Source of the DNA: Nitrospiraceae bacterium
GTDB taxonomy: Bacteria > Nitrospirota > Nitrospiria > Nitrospirales > Nitrospiraceae
NCBI GenBank assembly: GCA_037442105.1
Contig: JBBIQV010000032.1
Span: 1-38,107 of the forward strand
Direction: 5' to 3'
Length of the DNA: 38,107 nucleotides
The position numbers and the translations under genes are program-made. The notes beneath the pieces are model-generated. The model did not search any database and was not told where the DNA came from. It saw nothing but the letters and a program-made list of their open reading frames with translations. Position 1 is the stretch's first letter. Every line of letters starts with the position of its first letter. Positions 34,411 through 38,107 of the stretch are shown piece by piece.

Positions 34411-35151
34411 TCATGGTCGGCGGCCAACGAGACCGATGCCGCTCATCATCGTCTTTTTCACGACACCATCCCGTCGATACGAGAAGAAGAGGTCGGGGTG
34501 ACAGATCGTGCATACGCCGGCGGTCGCAATGTTCGCAGCCTCCACGCCGATCGATTCTGCTTGCCGCCGAACCAAACTCCGCAGATCCAAGAGAGCCCGA
34601 TTGCGACCTCGTTCTGCAATAATCAGTCGCCAGTCGCTGCAACTCTCGCGCAACCTCGCCAACACCGGTTCATCGACCTCATAACAACAAGGTCCCGCCG
34701 ACGGGCCGATACCCACGCGCACCTGTGCCGGATCGGTGCCGAACCGGCGCTTCATCACGTCCACCGTCTTAGGTACGATCCCGGCCACCGCCCCTCGCCA
34801 ACCGGCATGAATAGCCGCCACCACCTTGCGTTTGGGATCATGCAACAGAACCGGCACACAGTCGGCTGTGCGAACCACCACCATCACGTGCGGCTGGTCG
34901 GTCACGAGCGCATCCCACCCACCATCGAACGGTTCTCCCTCCTGAACAGGCCGATTCAATACCAGCACATCGGTTCCATGAACCTGCTTCACCGACACGA
35001 GGACACCGGCCTTTCCCGCGCCACGCATGGCACGCTTCGGCTCGGCCTGCTCCCGATGAGATCCTATCATCGAATGCCTGGTACCGAAGAAGTGGCGGAC
35101 TCCCTGGCATGAAGTTGCGAACGCCGGCAACGTGATCACGAGACCTGTCAT
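34411..35151 (-). CDS. pgeF: Peptidoglycan editing factor PgeF (YfiH family)
   Basis: QVHG, TADCVPVLL, HAGWRG, IGPSAGPCCYEV, CT and FFSYRR motifs. Confidence 0.92.
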   Translation of the reverse strand: MTGLVITLPAFATSCQGVRHFFGTRHSMIGSHREQAEPKRAMRGAGKAGVLVSVKQVHGTDVLVLNRPVQEGEPFDGGWDALVTDQPHVMVVVRTADCVPVLLHDPKRKVVAAIHAGWRGAVAGIVPKTVDVMKRRFGTDPAQVRVGIGPSAGPCCYEVDEPVLARLRESCSDWRLIIAERGRNRALLDLRSLVRRQAESIGVEAANIATAGVCTICHPDLFFSYRRDGVVKKTMMSGIGLVGRRP

Positions 35152-35161
35152 CGGTAAAAGC

Positions 35162-35193
35162 AGCTCATAGCCGATAGCAAACAGCGGGTAGCT
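35162..35193. repeat. 7-bp periodic AGCnnnn array between ftsZ and pgeF
   Basis: AGCTCAT AGCCGAT AGCAAAC AGCGGGT AGCT. Confidence 0.5.
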
Positions 35194-35205
35194 CTCCCGA
35201 TCCTG

Positions 35206-36402
35206 TTAGTCTGCCTGCTTTCTCAAGAAGGTCGGCACATCCCACTCGTCATCGGCAACCGCTGTCACGCGCTCAACCGTTTCGCGCGATTCTCCCAACC
35301 GCCTCAGGAAGGTAGGACGATCCAGGTCCTTGCGGGGCATCTCCGCAACCGCAGCTTGGACGCCGGCGAGGACCTGTTGCCCATTGTTCCGCACGGTGCG
35401 TACCGGACCGCGATCAACCGCGACGGGCTTCGGCGCCGGCTGCTCGTCCTTTTCAAACCCGGTGGCGACGACGGTCACGATGAGATCATCCCCCATATCC
35501 GGATTGATGACCTGCCCGACAATGATGTTGGCTTCAGGATCAGCGGCCTGTTGGATAATCGAAGCCGCTTCTTCGACTTCGTGCAACGACATGTTGGGGC
35601 CACCGGTAATATTGAGCAACACGCCGCGCGCTCCCTCCACACTCCCCTCTTCCAACAGCGGGCTGGAGATGGCCTTCTGGGCCGCTTCGATCGCGCGATT
35701 CGTTCCCCGCGCGACGCCCATTCCCATCACCGCACGCCCCGTATGGGACATCACGGTTCTGACGTCGGCGAAATCGACGTTCACATGACCGGTCGTCGTG
35801 ATGACGTCCGCAATCCCTTGGATCGCCTGGCGCAGCACGTCGTCCGCCACCTTGAACGCATCCAGCAACGGCGTGGCCTTGTCCACGATCCCCAAGAGTC
35901 GTTGGTTCGGGATGATGAGGAGCGTATCGACGTGGCGCTTCAGGTCGCGGATGCCTTCTTCCGCATGGCTCATGCGCCGATGCCCCTCATACGAAAAAGG
36001 CTTCGTCACCACGCCGACGGTGAGGATGCCCAATTCGCGCGCGATGCTCGCGACGATCGGCGCCGCGCCCGTGCCGGTTCCGCCGCCCATACCGGCCGTC
36101 ACAAACACCATGTCGGCCCCTTCGAGCGATTCGCGGATGTCGTCCTTACTTTCCAATGCGGCATCTTTGCCCACTTCCGGTTTGGCACCCGCGCCCAATC
36201 CGCGCGTCCGCTCGGGACCGAGTTGAATTTTGAATCCCGCATGCGATCGCTCCAGCGCTTGCAGGTCCGTGTTGGCGGCGATGAAGTCCACCCGGCACAA
36301 GCCGTTCGCCATCATCGTATTGACCGCGTTACAGCCCGCCCCGCCAACCCCGATCACCTTGATGCGCACGGGGGACAACGCATCTTCCTGGAATGAGAAC
36401 AT
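35206..36402 (-). CDS. ftsZ: Cell division protein FtsZ
   Basis: [15 protein letters not shown] tubulin motif, NVDFADV and C-terminal [18 protein letters not shown] before ATG 36402. Confidence 0.98.
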   Translation of the reverse strand: MFSFQEDALSPVRIKVIGVGGAGCNAVNTMMANGLCRVDFIAANTDLQALERSHAGFKIQLGPERTRGLGAGAKPEVGKDAALESKDDIRESLEGADMVFVTAGMGGGTGTGAAPIVASIARELGILTVGVVTKPFSYEGHRRMSHAEEGIRDLKRHVDTLLIIPNQRLLGIVDKATPLLDAFKVADDVLRQAIQGIADVITTTGHVNVDFADVRTVMSHTGRAVMGMGVARGTNRAIEAAQKAISSPLLEEGSVEGARGVLLNITGGPNMSLHEVEEAASIIQQAADPEANIIVGQVINPDMGDDLIVTVVATGFEKDEQPAPKPVAVDRGPVRTVRNNGQQVLAGVQAAVAEMPRKDLDRPTFLRRLGESRETVERVTAVADDEWDVPTFLRKQAD

Positions 36403-36460
36403 CGTGACACCTCCCTGGTAAAAGTAAGACGCGCGTGCGGCCTCCCGCCACGCGCAACCG

Positions 36461-37693
36461 TTAGAAGAGCTCAAGCATCGCTTTCATCCGGGCAAACACC
36501 TTGCTCAATGAGCGGCCGCTATGGAGCCCGGCGGTGTCCAGTTCTTCAGCATGCTTCCTGGCATGGAGCAGGAGACCCACCCCTGTGGCATGCATCGGGT
36601 TGCTCACGATATCCCGCAAGCCCCCGACACCGGACGGCGTCCCGCGCCGAGCCGACAGGTTCAGCACTTTCTCCGCGGCATCGGGCATCCCTTCCAGCAG
36701 GGAGGTCCCGCCGGTAATCACCACACCGGCGCCCAACATGCCTTCATAGCCGGCCCTGGCGATCTCGCGCCGCACCAGCTCGAACATCTCTTCGACCCGC
36801 GGCTCGATGATTTCTGCAATATCGCGCCGGGAGAAAATCCGCGGCGGCCGATCCCCCACCGACGGTACCTCGATGCTCTGATGGTCGTGAAGCAACTCCG
36901 TGCGCGCGATTCCATGCTGGATTTTGATCTTCTCCGCTTCCGTCTGGGACGTGAGCAAACCGATGGCAAGATCCTTGGTCAAATTCTGGCCGCCGATCGG
37001 TAAGACCGCCGTGTGGCGAATGCTCCCGTCGAGAAAGATCGCCAGGTCGGTCGTCCCGCCCCCAAGATCGACCATGGCCACGCCGAGTTCCCGCTCTTCC
37101 GGGCTCAACACGGCTTCGCTGGAAGCGAGCGGCTGGAGTATGATATCGACCACATCCAACCCCGCGCGATTCACGCTCTTGATGATGTTCTGAGCCGAAG
37201 TCACCGCCCCCGTAATGACGTGCACGTTCACTTCCAACCGATTCCCGGATATCCCTAGCGGCTCCCGCACACCGTCCTGGTCATCGACCATGAATTCGCA
37301 GGGCAACACGTGCAGAATCCGCCGCTCATGCGGAATGACCGCCAAGGTCCTGGCGCTCTCTACAGCCCGTTGAATGTCTTCGCGCGTTACTTCCTGCCTC
37401 TTGAGCGCCACCACGCCTTTGCAATTCTCACCGGAGATATGACTCCCGGCGATGCCCGTATAGACGGAATTGATCTGAACGGCCGCCATCAGCTCGGCTT
37501 CCTCGACCGCTTTTTTGATCGACTCCACCGTGCTTTCGATGTTCACCACCACGCCCTTGCGAAGACCGCGGGACGGACTCGATCCGACCCCGATGACGTT
37601 GAGAATGCCCTCCTCCGTCGTCTCCGCGACAATGGCGCAGATCTTGGTGGTGCCGATATCCAGCCCAACAAGGATCTGGTCACGTTTCGGCAC
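36461..37693 (-). CDS. ftsA: Cell division protein FtsA
   Basis: [28 protein letters not shown] and ITGG motifs; C-terminal amphipathic helix. Confidence 0.97.
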   Translation of the reverse strand: MPKRDQILVGLDIGTTKICAIVAETTEEGILNVIGVGSSPSRGLRKGVVVNIESTVESIKKAVEEAELMAAVQINSVYTGIAGSHISGENCKGVVALKRQEVTREDIQRAVESARTLAVIPHERRILHVLPCEFMVDDQDGVREPLGISGNRLEVNVHVITGAVTSAQNIIKSVNRAGLDVVDIILQPLASSEAVLSPEERELGVAMVDLGGGTTDLAIFLDGSIRHTAVLPIGGQNLTKDLAIGLLTSQTEAEKIKIQHGIARTELLHDHQSIEVPSVGDRPPRIFSRRDIAEIIEPRVEEMFELVRREIARAGYEGMLGAGVVITGGTSLLEGMPDAAEKVLNLSARRGTPSGVGGLRDIVSNPMHATGVGLLLHARKHAEELDTAGLHSGRSLSKVFARMKAMLELF

Positions 37694-37699
37694 AGTGCG

Positions 37700-38107
37700 T
37701 CACCCCCTTTCCCGGACAATCACGCGGTCTGCGTACCGCAGATCGATTTCGTTTGTCGTCTTGCCGGTTCCGCTCAAAGCCGCCGAACGCAGCGCGGGCT
37801 TCATCTTGCGGAATCGCTCCCACTGTTCCTCTACCGCCGAGGTCCCGACCTGGAAGCGAACTCCCTTCACGGAGGCCACCAGACTTTCGGCATTGGTCGC
37901 GTCCACCTCCGCCCGACCGTCGAGCGTCTGCGCCACGAGCTTCGCCAGCTCCACACCTGCTTTGACGACCGCACGGCCCATCGCGTCTCCCTGCGCCAAC
38001 CTATCCGGATCGACCCCGGTTAAAGCCGGAAGAGTGGGATCGTCATGCGCCCCGATGCGCGCGAGCACCGCTCCGCCGTCATCGACGAGTAGGTTCCCGG
38101 ACGGTGC
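37700..38107 (-). CDS. ftsQ: Cell division protein FtsQ/DivIB, C-terminal part (truncated by window edge)
   Basis: Frame open to the window edge (…LLVDDGGAVL…LPALTG…EIDLRYADRVIVR); directly upstream of ftsA. Confidence 0.8.
   Translation of the reverse strand, partial: APSGNLLVDDGGAVLARIGAHDDPTLPALTGVDPDRLAQGDAMGRAVVKAGVELAKLVAQTLDGRAEVDATNAESLVASVKGVRFQVGTSAVEEQWERFRKMKPALRSAALSGTGKTTNEIDLRYADRVIVRERG

Noticed and set aside
32864..34501. 545 aa plus-strand ORF antisense to proC/yggS
   Set aside because: No recognisable motifs, Ser/Arg/Pro-rich composition; typical shadow ORF of GC-rich genes fully explained on the minus strand

Overview
GC-rich bacterial chromosome segment, most likely Nitrospira or a related member of Nitrospirota (inferred from gene content, gene order and repeat types). 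The 5' end holds an accessory chromate-type locus: chrB split by a frameshift in an A9 tract, chrA, three exported proteins of unknown function and an alpha/beta hydrolase. Next is a complete minus-strand ubiquitin-like tagging and proteasome operon, arc-dop-ubact-prcB-prcA-pafA. Its tag ends in RTGE (UBact-type rather than Pup GGE/GGQ) and its ATPase lacks the GQYL docking tail. Co-oriented upstream lie a degenerate HD-GYP-like gene, yjbQ, an HtrA protease and a ~130 bp MITE-like element. Then come an exported protein with a HIT hydrolase, and an exported TPR/Sel1 protein paired with a membrane-anchored CHASE2-sigma54 activator. The rest is core genes: ychF, pth, rplY, prs, ispE, pilC-pilS-pilR, a pgsA-like gene, a serine hydrolase and the distal dcw cluster (ftsQ', ftsA, ftsZ, pgeF, yggS, proC, yggT, divIVA). 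Non-coding signals include a perfect 24 bp inverted repeat over the pth stop, 7-bp periodic repeat arrays, several clear sigma70 promoters and palindromic operator candidates. No rRNA, tRNA or CRISPR array was seen. All calls come from motif recognition by eye; no database searches were run.
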